Assembly (NCBI GenBank): GCA_963836185.1
Contig: CAWIIQ010000001.1
Span: forward strand, 928,001 to 992,000
Source of the DNA: Candidatus Krumholzibacteriia bacterium
GTDB lineage: Bacteria; Krumholzibacteriota; Krumholzibacteriia; Krumholzibacteriales; Krumholzibacteriaceae
Length of the DNA stretch: 64,000 nucleotides
Reading direction: 5' to 3'
Below the pieces are notes generated by a model. The model saw only the letters and a list, made by a program, of their open reading frames with translations, was not told where the DNA came from and made no database searches. Positions 32,203 to 43,500 of this stretch are shown one piece after another (within the stretch, counting starts at the first letter, position 1; every line of letters begins with the position of its first letter). Made by a program: the position numbers and the translations under genes.

Positions 32203-33711
32203 CTATAGAGCGTCGATGCTCTCGAGGAGCCTTCGGACCTCTTCGTTGTCGGGGATTATCTCCAGGGATCTGCGCCACCAGGTCTCAGCGCTCGCGTCGC
32301 CCATCTCGGCGGCGGCTATACCCCTGTTCTTGAAGAGGTAAGCCTTGAGCTCATCGGGATACGGGGTCGAATCGAATATCGACAGAGCTTCGTCGAGCAG
32401 GCCGGCGGCTTCGGCGGGACGTTTCGTGTCGATAAGAAGTCTCCCGAGGTTGTTGTAGGCCGGCATGAAGGCGGGGTCGGTGTCGATCGCCGAGCGCAGG
32501 CTGGTCTCGGCGCCCTCGAGATCGTTCTCTTCCCACCTTACCGTTCCCATGTTGTAGAGGGCCTCGGTGTAACCGGGATCTCTGCGCAGCGCTTCACCGA
32601 GCAGGGAGTCAGCCTCATCGTAGTCTCCCTCGTTCAATTCGATGATAGCGAGGTTGTTCCAGGGGATCTCCCACATAGGATCGGATATTATCGCGTTCCT
32701 GTATTCGAGCTGGGCGCCGGGGATATTTCCCGCGTCCTGGTGTTCCTGGCCGAGGCTGTTGTGGTGCTGCGCGGTCGTACGGTCGCCTTTCGCCGGGGTC
32801 CGTGAGAATGCCCACGCGAGGACTGCCGCTATGATGATCAGCGCGGCCGCAGGTATGGCGATCCTGCGCCACAGAGGCGCCGGCGTGTAACCGCCCGCGT
32901 TTTCACCCTCTCCCGCAAGGACGGCAAGTTCCGAGGCGAACTCTCCGGCGCTGGCGTATCTCGCGTCGGGATCCTTGGCCAGCGCTCTGTCGACGATGGC
33001 CGCCAGTTCTTCGGGGATCTCCGGGCCCCGGCCCGACAGGGATTCATGCTCCTCGTTCGCGATACTGTACATCACGGCCATCGGATGCGGAGCGTTGAAC
33101 GGGATCTCTCCCGATAGCGCTTCGTAAAGGATCGTCCCGACCGAGAATATGTCGCTTCTCGCGTCGGTCGGCATCCCCGTGGCCTGCTCCGGCGACATGT
33201 ACTGCGCCGTGCCGAGCATCGATACATCGATAGTGATACGGCTTTCAGAGGCGACATGGGCTATACCGAAGTCCATCAGCTTTACCCCTCCATCGGGGCC
33301 GACCATGATGTTATCCGGTTTGAGGTCGCGGTGGATTATCCCTTCGTCATGAAGCCGCTGGAGTGCGGAGAGGATAGCGATCATCCAGCCGGCGGTCTTG
33401 GGCCAATCGACCTGTCCATCTTCCTCTAGTGTTTCGCGGAGCGTCTTTCCCTCGAGGAGCTCCATCGCCATGTAGAAGTCGCCCTCGTGCTCGCCGGCCG
33501 CGTATACTGTCACTATGTTGGGATGATTGATCCTCGAGCAGGCCCGCGCCTCCCTTATGAAGCGTTCCCGGCCCTCATCCCCGATGATCTCCTTGCGCAG
33601 TACCTTTACCGCCAGGTCGCGCTGAAGTGTCTCATCGCGGGCGAGGTACACTATCCCCATACCGCCCTCGCCGAGGGTCTTGACGATCTCAAACTGGGCG
33701 ATCCTGTCCAC
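32203..33711 (-). CDS. Hanks-type Ser/Thr kinase with TM and extracytoplasmic TPR domain
   Basis: GEGGMG, AVK, HRDLKPDN, DFG, YMSPEQ; TM; TPRs. Start reset to GTG 33711 after AAAGGA. Confidence 0.92.
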   Translation of the reverse strand: MDRIAQFEIVKTLGEGGMGIVYLARDETLQRDLAVKVLRKEIIGDEGRERFIREARACSRINHPNIVTVYAAGEHEGDFYMAMELLEGKTLRETLEEDGQVDWPKTAGWMIAILSALQRLHDEGIIHRDLKPDNIMVGPDGGVKLMDFGIAHVASESRITIDVSMLGTAQYMSPEQATGMPTDARSDIFSVGTILYEALSGEIPFNAPHPMAVMYSIANEEHESLSGRGPEIPEELAAIVDRALAKDPDARYASAGEFASELAVLAGEGENAGGYTPAPLWRRIAIPAAALIIIAAVLAWAFSRTPAKGDRTTAQHHNSLGQEHQDAGNIPGAQLEYRNAIISDPMWEIPWNNLAIIELNEGDYDEADSLLGEALRRDPGYTEALYNMGTVRWEENDLEGAETSLRSAIDTDPAFMPAYNNLGRLLIDTKRPAEAAGLLDEALSIFDSTPYPDELKAYLFKNRGIAAAEMGDASAETWWRRSLEIIPDNEEVRRLLESIDAL

Positions 33712-33727
33712 GCGGTCCTTTCGCTCT

Positions 33728-34681
33728 CTACTTCTCGAATATACGGTCGTATTCGGACATCGCCTCGCAGGGGCGCCCCGCCTCGGCGTACAGCCTTGCG
33801 AGGATCGAATGCATCTCCTTCGTCCCGTCGCCATCGACCATCGCCTTCTGCATCTCGGTGATGGCGTCCTCGAGGAGGCCGTGCTCGAAATAGACACTCG
33901 CTCTGAGGAAGTGGTATGTGGAGCCGTTAGGGATCTCTTCCGGATCGATCATGGCTAGTGATTCATCGAGTTTCGCGATCTCTTCTTTCGAGATCACCTC
34001 GAAAAAGGCGGCCGGGCTCCGAAGGGGAGGGACCCGGAGAGGATCGGTAGTCTCAATGGTCCACGAATAGGAGATGCCGGTCTCGAGGGCCGGAGCGCTG
34101 GAAGGGTATTCGTAGATCGACAGGTCCTTTATTCTAGTTTCGTGACAGATCCCCTTTTCATCGTAGATCGTAAGGAGAAGTTCCTCCTTGAGGTCGTTCG
34201 ATACCCATTCGAAAGCCGGGTTGGCGGTAAGTACCTTTGTCTGGCAGGGGGATACGAGGACGATCTCCGATTTGTCAGGAGCCGACCTGAGCGCCGCCAG
34301 AGAGCTTGCTCCCTTGGGGTCCTTCAGGCGCATCATATTCTGAACGACCTTGAAGCTTTCATCGCCGACCTTTATGCCGGACGGCTGCGTTTTGGTCGAT
34401 GCGCTCTTTATCTTCATGCTGCTGCTTGCGCCCACCTGGAGCCACATCCCGTTCTCGAAATGGATCTCGGCGCCGGATTCCACTGAAGTATTCACCTCGT
34501 CGCCGGCGTAGAGCGCCAGCCCGAAGCTTCCCGGTACCTCACCGCCGCTGTTTCTCTCGACAGTGACCTCTCCGGTGCAGGAGAGCAGGATAGCCGCCGG
34601 GATATCCTCACTTGCCGGCGCCTGCCCGGCGAAGATAGACGCAATGGACATAAATATAATGAATAATATGAACTTCCTCAC
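33728..34681 (-). CDS. Secreted FecR-like / DUF928-like / TPR protein
   Basis: Signal peptide; GEVTV...LYAGDEVNT..SGAEIHF.NG (FecR-like); LVSP...P.FEW...L..G.SYSW (DUF928-like); terminal TPR. Confidence 0.6.
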   Translation of the reverse strand: MRKFILFIIFMSIASIFAGQAPASEDIPAAILLSCTGEVTVERNSGGEVPGSFGLALYAGDEVNTSVESGAEIHFENGMWLQVGASSSMKIKSASTKTQPSGIKVGDESFKVVQNMMRLKDPKGASSLAALRSAPDKSEIVLVSPCQTKVLTANPAFEWVSNDLKEELLLTIYDEKGICHETRIKDLSIYEYPSSAPALETGISYSWTIETTDPLRVPPLRSPAAFFEVISKEEIAKLDESLAMIDPEEIPNGSTYHFLRASVYFEHGLLEDAITEMQKAMVDGDGTKEMHSILARLYAEAGRPCEAMSEYDRIFEK

Positions 34682-34807
34682 TTTATCTCTCCCTTTTAAG
34701 GCAGGTTTCCCATGACCGCTTACGGCCCGCCGATGACGGACCCGGATATTATACAGGAAGAAGAGATCGATGAAAATGTAAAATGATACGATCGGGGGAG
34801 CGGTTTT

Positions 34808-35200
34808 CTAATGGAGCCGGGAGTGCATCGACCGCTTTCCCTCTACCGGCCACAGGTTGTGGTGCCATTCGATACAATACGAGATCTGGTCGATATCAAT
34901 CCTGAGGATTCCCCAGTCAAGGGCGGGATGGATGCTCTTCGGATCGGCAAGTCTGGACGGGTCATCAAGTTCGGACACTTTCTGCCTCAACAGGTCGAGA
35001 TTTCCTTCATCGAGGCGTCTTGTGTCCCATATCCTGACCGATAGCGAGACCGAATCCTCTGCCGCCTCCTCAACGGAGTGCACGTAATAGTACATCCCGT
35101 CGACGAGCACCAGCTCGAGGGCAAACGGAGGGATGATGCCCCGGTTGGCGCCGAGGTTCCTGAGGAACGCGTGAAGTGGATCGTGATTCTTCTTTATCAT
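34808..35200 (-). CDS. Hypothetical protein
   Basis: 130-aa ORF with protein-like composition filling the gap upstream of tricorn; no motif recognised. Confidence 0.55.
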   Translation of the reverse strand: MIKKNHDPLHAFLRNLGANRGIIPPFALELVLVDGMYYYVHSVEEAAEDSVSLSVRIWDTRRLDEGNLDLLRQKVSELDDPSRLADPKSIHPALDWGILRIDIDQISYCIEWHHNLWPVEGKRSMHSRLH

Positions 35201-35344
35201 CGGGAACAGAATATCCCCTGCTCCGTATATATATCAAATCCTTTTTCGACACCTTGCCGCCGGAAAGGGTTTCTGCTATCGTGGCGGGGCGGTTTTCAGG
35301 GACCGCGTATCCGTTTCATCATCTTTCAACAGAGGGAGAGCTCG

Positions 35345-38300
35345 ATGCTTTCACGTTCCCGTTTCATCATCATGACGGCTCTTGTGCTTGCTGCCGTCAT
35401 TACCTGGCCCTCCGCGGATACAGCCGCGGGAACCCTTTCGGCCAGCCCGGGCGAGGCGCTTCTGCGCTTCCCCGACATCCATGAGGACAAGGTCGTCTTC
35501 GTCAGCGGAGAGGATATCTGGACCGCGCCCGCTTCAGGCGGGACAGCGGTAAGGCTCACGATCCATGACGGGGCAGAGCATTTCCCCAAGTTTTCCCCTG
35601 ACGGCAGCATGATAGCGTTTACCGGCAATTATGACGGAAATGCCGATGTTTACGTTATGAACGCCGATGGAGGCGGTATATCGAGGGTCACGTGGCACCC
35701 TTCATACGACGAGATCGTCGGCTGGCATCCGGTAAACGGCAAGATCATATTCAATTCAGCAAGAGACGCTTTCAACAGGTTCAGCAATCTGTACATGATA
35801 AATCCTGACGGCACCGGCCTGGAGAAACTCATCATGCACGAGGCAGTGCAGGGTTCCTTCTCTCCCGATGGAAAGAAGATCGCCTACAACCGTATCTCCC
35901 GCGAGAACAGGACATGGAAACGTTACAAGGGCGGCACCGCGCAGGAGATCTTCATATTCGATTTTGAGAAGATGGCCGATTCAAAGGTCACCGATTTCAT
36001 CGGTACCGACCGGATCCCGATGTGGATCGGCGACTATATCTACTTCAGCTCCGATCGGGACAGGGTGCTCAATATCTGGCGCCTCGATCCGGCGACCGGG
36101 GAGGCTGAGCAGCTGACGAAGCACACTGAGTACGATATCAGGCGGCCGAGTGATGGCTCCGGAAAGATCGTCTATGAGCTCGGCGGCGATATCTGGATGC
36201 TCGACATCGCTTCCGGCAAGACCGGGAAGATCGAGATCTCGGTAAACAGCGACGCTCCCGAGCTGAGGCCCTACATCAGGGAAGTGGCACGGTATATCAC
36301 CGACATCGATATATCGCCGTCCGGCAAGAGGGCGCTCGTTTCGGCGAGGGGCGAGGTCTTCACCGTGCCGCTCGAGCACGGTCCTACCCGCAACCTCACC
36401 GGCAGCAGCGGCTCGAGGGAGAAAGACGCCGTATGGTCTCCCGACGGTTCGAAGATCGCGTATTTCTCCGATGCGAGCGGAGAGTATGAGATATGGGTCC
36501 GTGGAACGGATTCAGGCGGCGAAGCTAAGAAGCTTACCAGCCACAAGGATGGGTACAGGCACACACTGCGCTGGTCACCCGACAGTAAAAAACTGGCATA
36601 CGCGGATCAGACCCTGCGGTGCTGGTGGATAGATGTAGACTCCGGAAAGAAGACCGAGGTAGACAAGGCCGAGTTCGAGAACATCGACGTTGCTCTCGAG
36701 CTCAAGCCGATTTACGATTTTTCGTGGTCGTCTGACAGCAGGTGGATAACCTACTCGAAGATGAACGCCGACCAGGTAACACAGGTCTACATTTACTCGC
36801 TCGAGACGGGTAAGAGCACGACTGTCAGTAATGGCCTGTTCAACGATTTCAATCCCGTCTTCTCGAAGGACGGGAAGCATCTCTTCTTCATCTCCAACAG
36901 ACGGTTCAATCCGACACTGTGCGATTTCGAGTGGGAGATGGTCTACAAGAAGGTCGCCGGAATCTACGCGGTGACCCTTACTGCAGACGGCGAGGCCCTG
37001 CTGCCCCCGCTAAGCGACGAGGAAAATGCCGCGGCGGAGAAAAACGGGGATGACAAGAAGGACAAGAAGGATGAAAAAAGCGGTGAAGAGCTCGTGAAGA
37101 TCGACTTCGACGGCATCGAGTCGCGTATCGAGGCTCTTCCGGTCGACAGGGCAAACTACAGGGATCTTACCGCGGCTGACGGTGAGCTCTTCTATCTCAA
37201 CAAGGACGAGGGCGATTTCAACAGGTTCGAGTTCCGGGCGATCGGCGCGATGGACCTCTGCTCATTCTCCTTCGATGACAGGGAGGAGAAGAAGGTGATC
37301 TCCGGGATAGGGAGCTACGCGCTCTCGGCCGACGGAAAGAGCATCGTCTACACGAAGAGCCGCGGCATCGGGATCATCAAGTCATCCGAGAAAGATTCAA
37401 AAGGGAACAAGCTCAGCACCTCGGGGCTAAAGATGAAACTCGACCCGCTCGCCGAGTGGAAGCAGATCTTCGCGGAAGCGTGGAGGATGGAGCGCGATTT
37501 CTACTACGAGCCCGAGATGCACGGACTGGACTGGGACGAGATGGGCAGGAAGTACGGGAAGCTGATCGATCGCGCGACATGCCGGCAGGATGTACGGTTT
37601 ATAATCGGCGAGTTGATCGGTGAGCTCAACACCTCTCACACCTACGTATTCGGCGGCGATAACCGCCGCAGCGCAAGCCGTGTCAGCGTAGGGCTGCTCG
37701 GAGTCGACTGGACAATCGATGAAAAGGCCGGGATGTATCGTTTCGAGTAAGATCTACGATGTGTCCGACTGGTCGCGGGGGGTCGTGCCGCCGCTTTCGA
37801 GGCCCGGAGTAAGGGTGGCCGAGGGAGATTACCTGCTCGAGGTCAATGGCGTCGACGTCACTGCCGACAGGAACATATACAGCTGCTTCGAAGATCTTGC
37901 CGGCAAACAGGTGACGATCCTCGTAAACAGCAAGCCGACGAAGAAGGGGGCGAAGAAGTATACGGTCGAGCCTGCCAGGAGCGAATACTGGATGAGGTAT
38001 CACGCCTGGGTCGAACATAACAGGCAGCTTGCCGACAAGATGTCGGGAGGACAGATCGGCTACCTGCACATGCCCGACACATATCTCGGCTCAGCTACTG
38101 AGTTTCCCAAGCTCTTCTACGCCCAGACCCGCAAGAAGGGGATAATACGTAGACGGCCGATTCAACGGCGGCGGACTTGATCCGGCTGTCTTCCTGAACC
38201 GCCTCAACAAGGAGGTCCTTGCCTACTGGACCCGGAGGTACTCTCACGACCAGACCGATCCGGCAGTCGTCACGAACGCTCACCTCGTCTGCCTGACGAA

Positions 38301-38649
38301 CAAGCAGGCAGGTTCGGGAGGAGACATGCTCCCGATGGAGTTCCAGATGATGAAGATGGGGCCGGTCATCGGCACGAGAACATGGGGAGGGCTGGTAGGA
38401 GTCTCGATGTGGATAGGCCTTGTCGATGGCGGCGGGATGTCGGCACCCGACTACAGGATCTACAATCCCGAAGGACGCTGGATAGTCGAGAACGAAGGCG
38501 TCACCCCCGATATCGAGATCGATCTCGATCCGGTAGAGATGTCGAATGGTAATGATGCCCAGCTGCTCAAGGGGATAGAGGTCCTGATGAAAAAGATCGA
38601 GGAGGACCCGAAACCCTGGCCGAAGCATGACAAGTTCAAGCGTCAGTAA
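35345..38649 (+). CDS. Tricorn-type S41 protease, frameshifts near 37745 and 38150
   Basis: LLRFPDI, PD40 repeats, WKRYKGG, EAWRMERDFYY, ELNTSH, PDZ, IGYLHMPD, AGSGGD, IGTRTWGG, ENEGVTPD, DAQL. Confidence 0.9.
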
Positions 38650-38670
38650 CAGTGTTAAACATCTGATGCG

Positions 38671-38703
38671 AAAAGGGGAAGGGCACTCACCCTTCCCCTT
38701 TTT
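38671..38703. terminator. Bidirectional terminator
   Basis: AAAAGGGGAAGGG-cactca-CCCTTCCCCTTTT. Confidence 0.85.
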
Positions 38704-38725
38704 AATATCTTTCCTATAAATTCTT

Positions 38726-39481
38726 TTACAGCCCCGTCGGCAGGTCTATGAAGAACGTCTTCAGCCCCAGCTTCTTTTCCATGAGTTTTCCGAGCGCTTT
38801 GACGCCGAAAGTCTCCGAGGCGTAGTGCCCGGCGAATATCAGGCTGATCCCGTTCTCCCTCGCGACGTGATAGGACGAGTGCGACGTTTCGCCCGTCAGC
38901 AGCGCGTCGCATCCGGCGTCGGCCGCCGCCTGCGTGAGGGAGGCTCCTCCGCCCGAGACGATCCCGATCTTTCTTACCACTGCCGGCCCGAAGGTAAAGG
39001 TCTGCACGGGCGAATCGAGGATGCCGGCGAGCTTGCGGCGCAGCCCCTCGATCTTCATCGGGCGCGGCAGCATCCCGCTGGTGCCTATATCGACACCGGC
39101 ATACTTGCCGAAGCGTTCCGTTTCTCCGATTCCCAGAGCCACGGCGAGCCGGGCGTTGTTTCCTATCTCCCTGTGGCAGTCGAGGGGCAGGTGTGCGGCA
39201 TAGAGGGAGACCTTTCCATCGAGGAGCGCCTTTACACGGGTGGACATGATCCCGGTGATCGGGGGCATGCCGCCCCAGAAAAGTCCGTGATGGACGATGA
39301 GCAGATCGGCCTTGCGGCGTGCAGCCCGGCTTATCGACTCGCGGCAGGCATCGACCGCCAGAGCGACTTTTCTGATCTCTCCCGACGCCTCTACCTGCAG
39401 CCCGTTCATCGACTGGTCCCCTGAGAACGAATCGAGATCCAGGGTCTCCTGGAGAAATCCGGTTACCTTTTCCAGTCTCAT
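38726..39481 (-). CDS. Nif3/YbgI (DUF34) dinuclear metal-centre protein
   Basis: NGLQV, IVHHG, AHLPLD.H..IGNN, VSGGG, TGE, GHYASE. Confidence 0.93.
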   Translation of the reverse strand: MRLEKVTGFLQETLDLDSFSGDQSMNGLQVEASGEIRKVALAVDACRESISRAARRKADLLIVHHGLFWGGMPPITGIMSTRVKALLDGKVSLYAAHLPLDCHREIGNNARLAVALGIGETERFGKYAGVDIGTSGMLPRPMKIEGLRRKLAGILDSPVQTFTFGPAVVRKIGIVSGGGASLTQAAADAGCDALLTGETSHSSYHVARENGISLIFAGHYASETFGVKALGKLMEKKLGLKTFFIDLPTGL

Positions 39482-39519
39482 TGAATTCTGCCTTTCATCG
39501 TTCCGCGTGCACGCAGTTC

Positions 39520-40554
39520 TCAACTGCCCTCGCGGGCATCCTTTATCCCCCTGCTTCTCAGCTCGAGTTCATACTTTTTTTCGAGTTCGAGGAGATCCGC
39601 CCTTCCCTTCATCTTTTTTGCCTTCGACCCCGAATCCCTCACCCGGAATCTCGGGTCGCCGGCGGTCCATTCGACTAACACCTCTGTAAGCGATATTCTC
39701 CTGATCCCCGTGTCGACGACCATCGTTTTTCCGGCCATTTCTCCCACAGGCTTGTGATGCTCGCGCTTTCCGTTGATCACGATGTCGATCCCATCGACGC
39801 TTTCTGCCAGCGTAAGGCTGCCGGCCCAGCCCTGGTAGCTCAAGGCCACGATGAGGTCACAGCCTTTCTCCCTGAGGGCGGAAACAGCCGCTAACGCCGC
39901 TATTCTGGGATCGAGCACGTCATAGTACGTAGGGATCTCCGGATCAATCTCCTGTATGAGTGAGGGGAGGGTCACGGAAAAGACCCCGATCTTTAATCCG
40001 CCCTTCACTCCCGTCAGGGTCCTTCTTGCGCCGGCCCTTACAATGGTGTATTCAGCTCCGAGCATCTCACCGGCGCGCTTGTCGTAGATATTGGATGTGA
40101 GCAGCCTGAATCCCGCCTGATCGACTCTATCGAGGAGACGGTCGCGCCCGAACCGGATATCATCGTCACCGATACCGGCTGCCTCGTAACCGATCATCCG
40201 CATTCCCTCGAAGAAATAATCGGTGTCGAACGCGGTGTCTTTTCCCTGCCGGGGATCGCAGAATCCGCCTGCGTCGAGGAGTATCGCCGGATGCTCTGTT
40301 CTTCTCTTGTCGATGAAGGAAGCCCACCTGGCCATCCCGGAATAGAGTTCCTTCTTTCAGCCGCAAGGCTCGCGGTACCCGTTCAGGCCGGCGGTGACGA
40401 AGATGCTCACCTTTGTGCCGTCGACCGGCGGCTCGGAAGGCTCAGTGCGGGCGATATAGATCTTCAACACGATCCAGACCGCGAGCAGAACAAGAAAGAT
40501 CGCGATCATGATCCGTATGAAAGGGGACAACTGATTAGCGGCGTTTCCGCTCAT
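39520..40554 (-). CDS. UshA/5'-nucleotidase-like selenoprotein (in-frame UGA at 40357-40359)
   Basis: ORFs 40357-40554 and 39520-40335 are in frame: TM...LNGYREPCG-UGA-KKELYSGMARWASF...LLDAGG...; hairpin immediately 3' of the UGA. Confidence 0.8.
40315..40354 (-). promoter_or_regulatory. Candidate bacterial SECIS element
   Basis: GAAGGAA/TTCCTTC perfect lower stem, a G-U-rich upper stem and a G-initiated apical loop about 21 nt after the UGA (folded by eye). Confidence 0.55.
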
Positions 40555-43500
40555 TGCTCCTGAGGTGGCTGTAGAGTGTAGGTTTCGAGATGCCCAGTAT
40601 CTGGGCTGCCTTTGTCTTGTCTCCGGTCTTTTCGACGACCTTGTTTATCAGTGTCTGCTTCACCCTCGGCAGGATCGGGTCGCTGTCCGAGAACTCGACT
40701 GTATCGAGGAGTGATTCGATCATATCCTCGAGGGTGTTCAGCGACCTCGTCTCGACGCTCTCCCTGTGCTTGACGATATTGACCGGAAGGTCCTCGGGAA
40801 GGATGGTGTCCTTCTTCGAGATGATCATGAGCCGGTTGATCGTATTCTCCAGTTCCCTGACGTTGCCGGGCCAGTCGTACTCGGTCAGGCAGGCCATCGC
40901 CTCGGGTGAGATCCGTTTTGTGGGAGTATTGTACAGGCGGCAGTACATGGTCAAGAAATGGTTGCAGAGGAGTTTGATGTCATCCCTGCGCTCGACCAGT
41001 CCCGGCACCCTGATCGGGAATATGTTGATCCTGTAGTACAGGTCCTCGCGGAACTTTCCTTCCTTGACGAGTTTCATGAGGTCCTTGTTCGTCGCGCAGA
41101 TGACCCTCGCGCTCGTCTTGATCTCACGCGTTCCGCCGACACGGAAGAACCTCATGTCTTCGAGCACGCGCAGAAGCTTCGGCTGCAGTCTCAGCGGGAG
41201 GTCTCCGATTTCGTTCAGAAAGATCGTGCCATCGCTGGCCGATTCGAAATGGCCGACGTTCTGCTTGTACGCGCCGGTGAAGGAACCCTTCTCGTGGCCG
41301 AACAGTTCGCTCTCGATAAGCTGGTCGGGCAGGGCTGGGCAGTTCAGCGTGTGGAACGGCTTGTCCTTTCTCGGGCCCGTATAGTGGAGCGTCTTCGCGA
41401 TAAGGTCCTTTCCCGATCCGTTCGGACCGGTCAGCAGGACGGTCGTATCCAGATCCTTTATGCCGTCAATAAGGTCGTAGATCTTCCTTATCGCCGCCGA
41501 TTTCCCGATGATGTCCTGAAAAGTCACGCGATCGCCGGAGGAGGCCATTATCGAGACATTCTCTCCCAGATGCTCTTTCTGCCTGAGCCTGTCGGAAAGG
41601 AGCATCCTCTCCAGGCCGAGGGCGACCTGCTGGCTGAACGCGACAAGGAAGGTGTGGTCTTCGTCTGTCGTTCCGGCCACTTCACGGCTCGCGTCGAGGT
41701 AGAGATAACCGGTCACTTCTTCGTGTATCCAGAGCGGTGTGCAGATTATACCGGGATGATCGGCAAGGAAGTCTTCCTGTACCTTGCCGGCGGGGATCCT
41801 CGTTCGCGAAATATCGAGTGGATAGCCCAGCTGCCTCGAGATGTTAAGTATCGCGATGATATTCTTGTCGGTCAATATCGCGTCCGAATCGAAATCACCG
41901 ATCGAGGCGAGGATCCTGTACGTATCCTGTCCGTCGCTCTGAAGGATAAGCGCCGCACGTTCCATGCTCGTCATCTTCATCGCCGTCTCGGTGATCGTCT
42001 CGTTCAGCCTGTCAGGATCGTGGATCGTACGTATCAGCGATATCACACGGCAGAGGGCCCTGAACCTCGCCGAATCGGAGTGGATCTTCTCGAGATCGAG
42101 GGCGGTCCTCTCCTCGAGATGTTTCTGAAGATGGGAAACACTGCTCGGGAGCTTCTCCGATTCACCGAACAGAGAGATCGCCCTGAGAAGGTATTCACGG
42201 GCCAGTGATTCGTTTCCTTCCTCGAGATACAGTTCGCCGATCTCGGACGCTACCGAGGCAGCAGTTCCCTTTCTGCCGAGGATCGACAGTTCGAAACTGG
42301 TCTCCTCGAGGATGCGCCGTCCATGTTCGCGCTTTCCTTCAGCGAGCTGAAGCCTTCCGTCCAGCAGGTCGAGAAGAGCTGTCTCGAGCCTCGACCCGAT
42401 CTGATTGTTCAGCTCTCTCGCCTCTGCGAGCAGATCCTTCGTCTCGGTGATCTTTCCTTCGATGAGTCCGAGCTCGCCGAGCCTTCTGAGCACGACCGCC
42501 TTCTCACGAAGCGAGCGCGTCTTCTGGCATATGTGAAGAGCCCTGAAATAGTGGTTTCGCGCCTCAGCATGTTCACCCTTCCTTAAGCGGATCTCGCCGA
42601 GGGTCCCGTAGATCTCCGCGAGCAACTGCTGGTTTCCCAGATCCTCGGCCAGCTTGACAGCTGTCCTGCAGTTCGCGTCGGCTTTCTCGAGTTCCTCGGT
42701 ATCGAGGCAGGCAAGGGCTATGTTGAGATGGACCGCTGCGAGTCCCGGGAGGTTGTTATTGCGCTGCTTTATGCGCATGCTCTTGATGAAACTCTCCAGC
42801 GCCTCCTTGACTCTTCCCATAGAGCGATAAACGAGTCCGAGGTTGTTCAGGCTCGCCGCTACGCCGAGTTCGTCGTTGCAGTCCTCTCGGAGGGCGAGGC
42901 ATTTCTTGTGACAGAGAAGGGCCTCGTCGTACTTGCTCCTGTTCCAGTTGATCGCGCCCATCAGGTTGTATGACTGGGCCAGTTCCATCGGGTGCTGCTT
43001 CTTGTCGAGCAGCTTGTGTACGAGGAGGCAGTTTTCCCATGACATATCGAACTTGCCGAGGCGGTAGTGGACCCAGGCGAGATCATTGTAGAGCTTGGCC
43101 CGCTCCCTTGCCAGCACATGCTCGCCATGCATCTGGATGGCTTTATTAAGAAGTTCCTCCGCGACGATGAACTCGCCTCGTCTCTCGAGTATCTCGCATT
43201 CCTTCCTGATCGCTTCGACGGCGAGCTCCCTGTGGTTCTGCCACCGTTCGCTCGTGCTCGTCTCTTCACGGCAGTTCCTGAAGAATTCCTCGGCTTTGTC
43301 GATCATGCCGATATTCGCGTAGTAATTCCCCAGCTCGAGAAGAAGGTTAAGTCTCATCTCCACGGGAAGGTGCTGGTCGAGACCGAGGCTCATGAACCCG
43401 TCGTTGAAGGAGTTGATCGCGTTGAGGCGCTTGCGGGTCAGGAGGAGCTGGAAGACCCTCAGCCCCTTGAACGCCGCTTCCTGCATGTCGCCGGCCCGCA

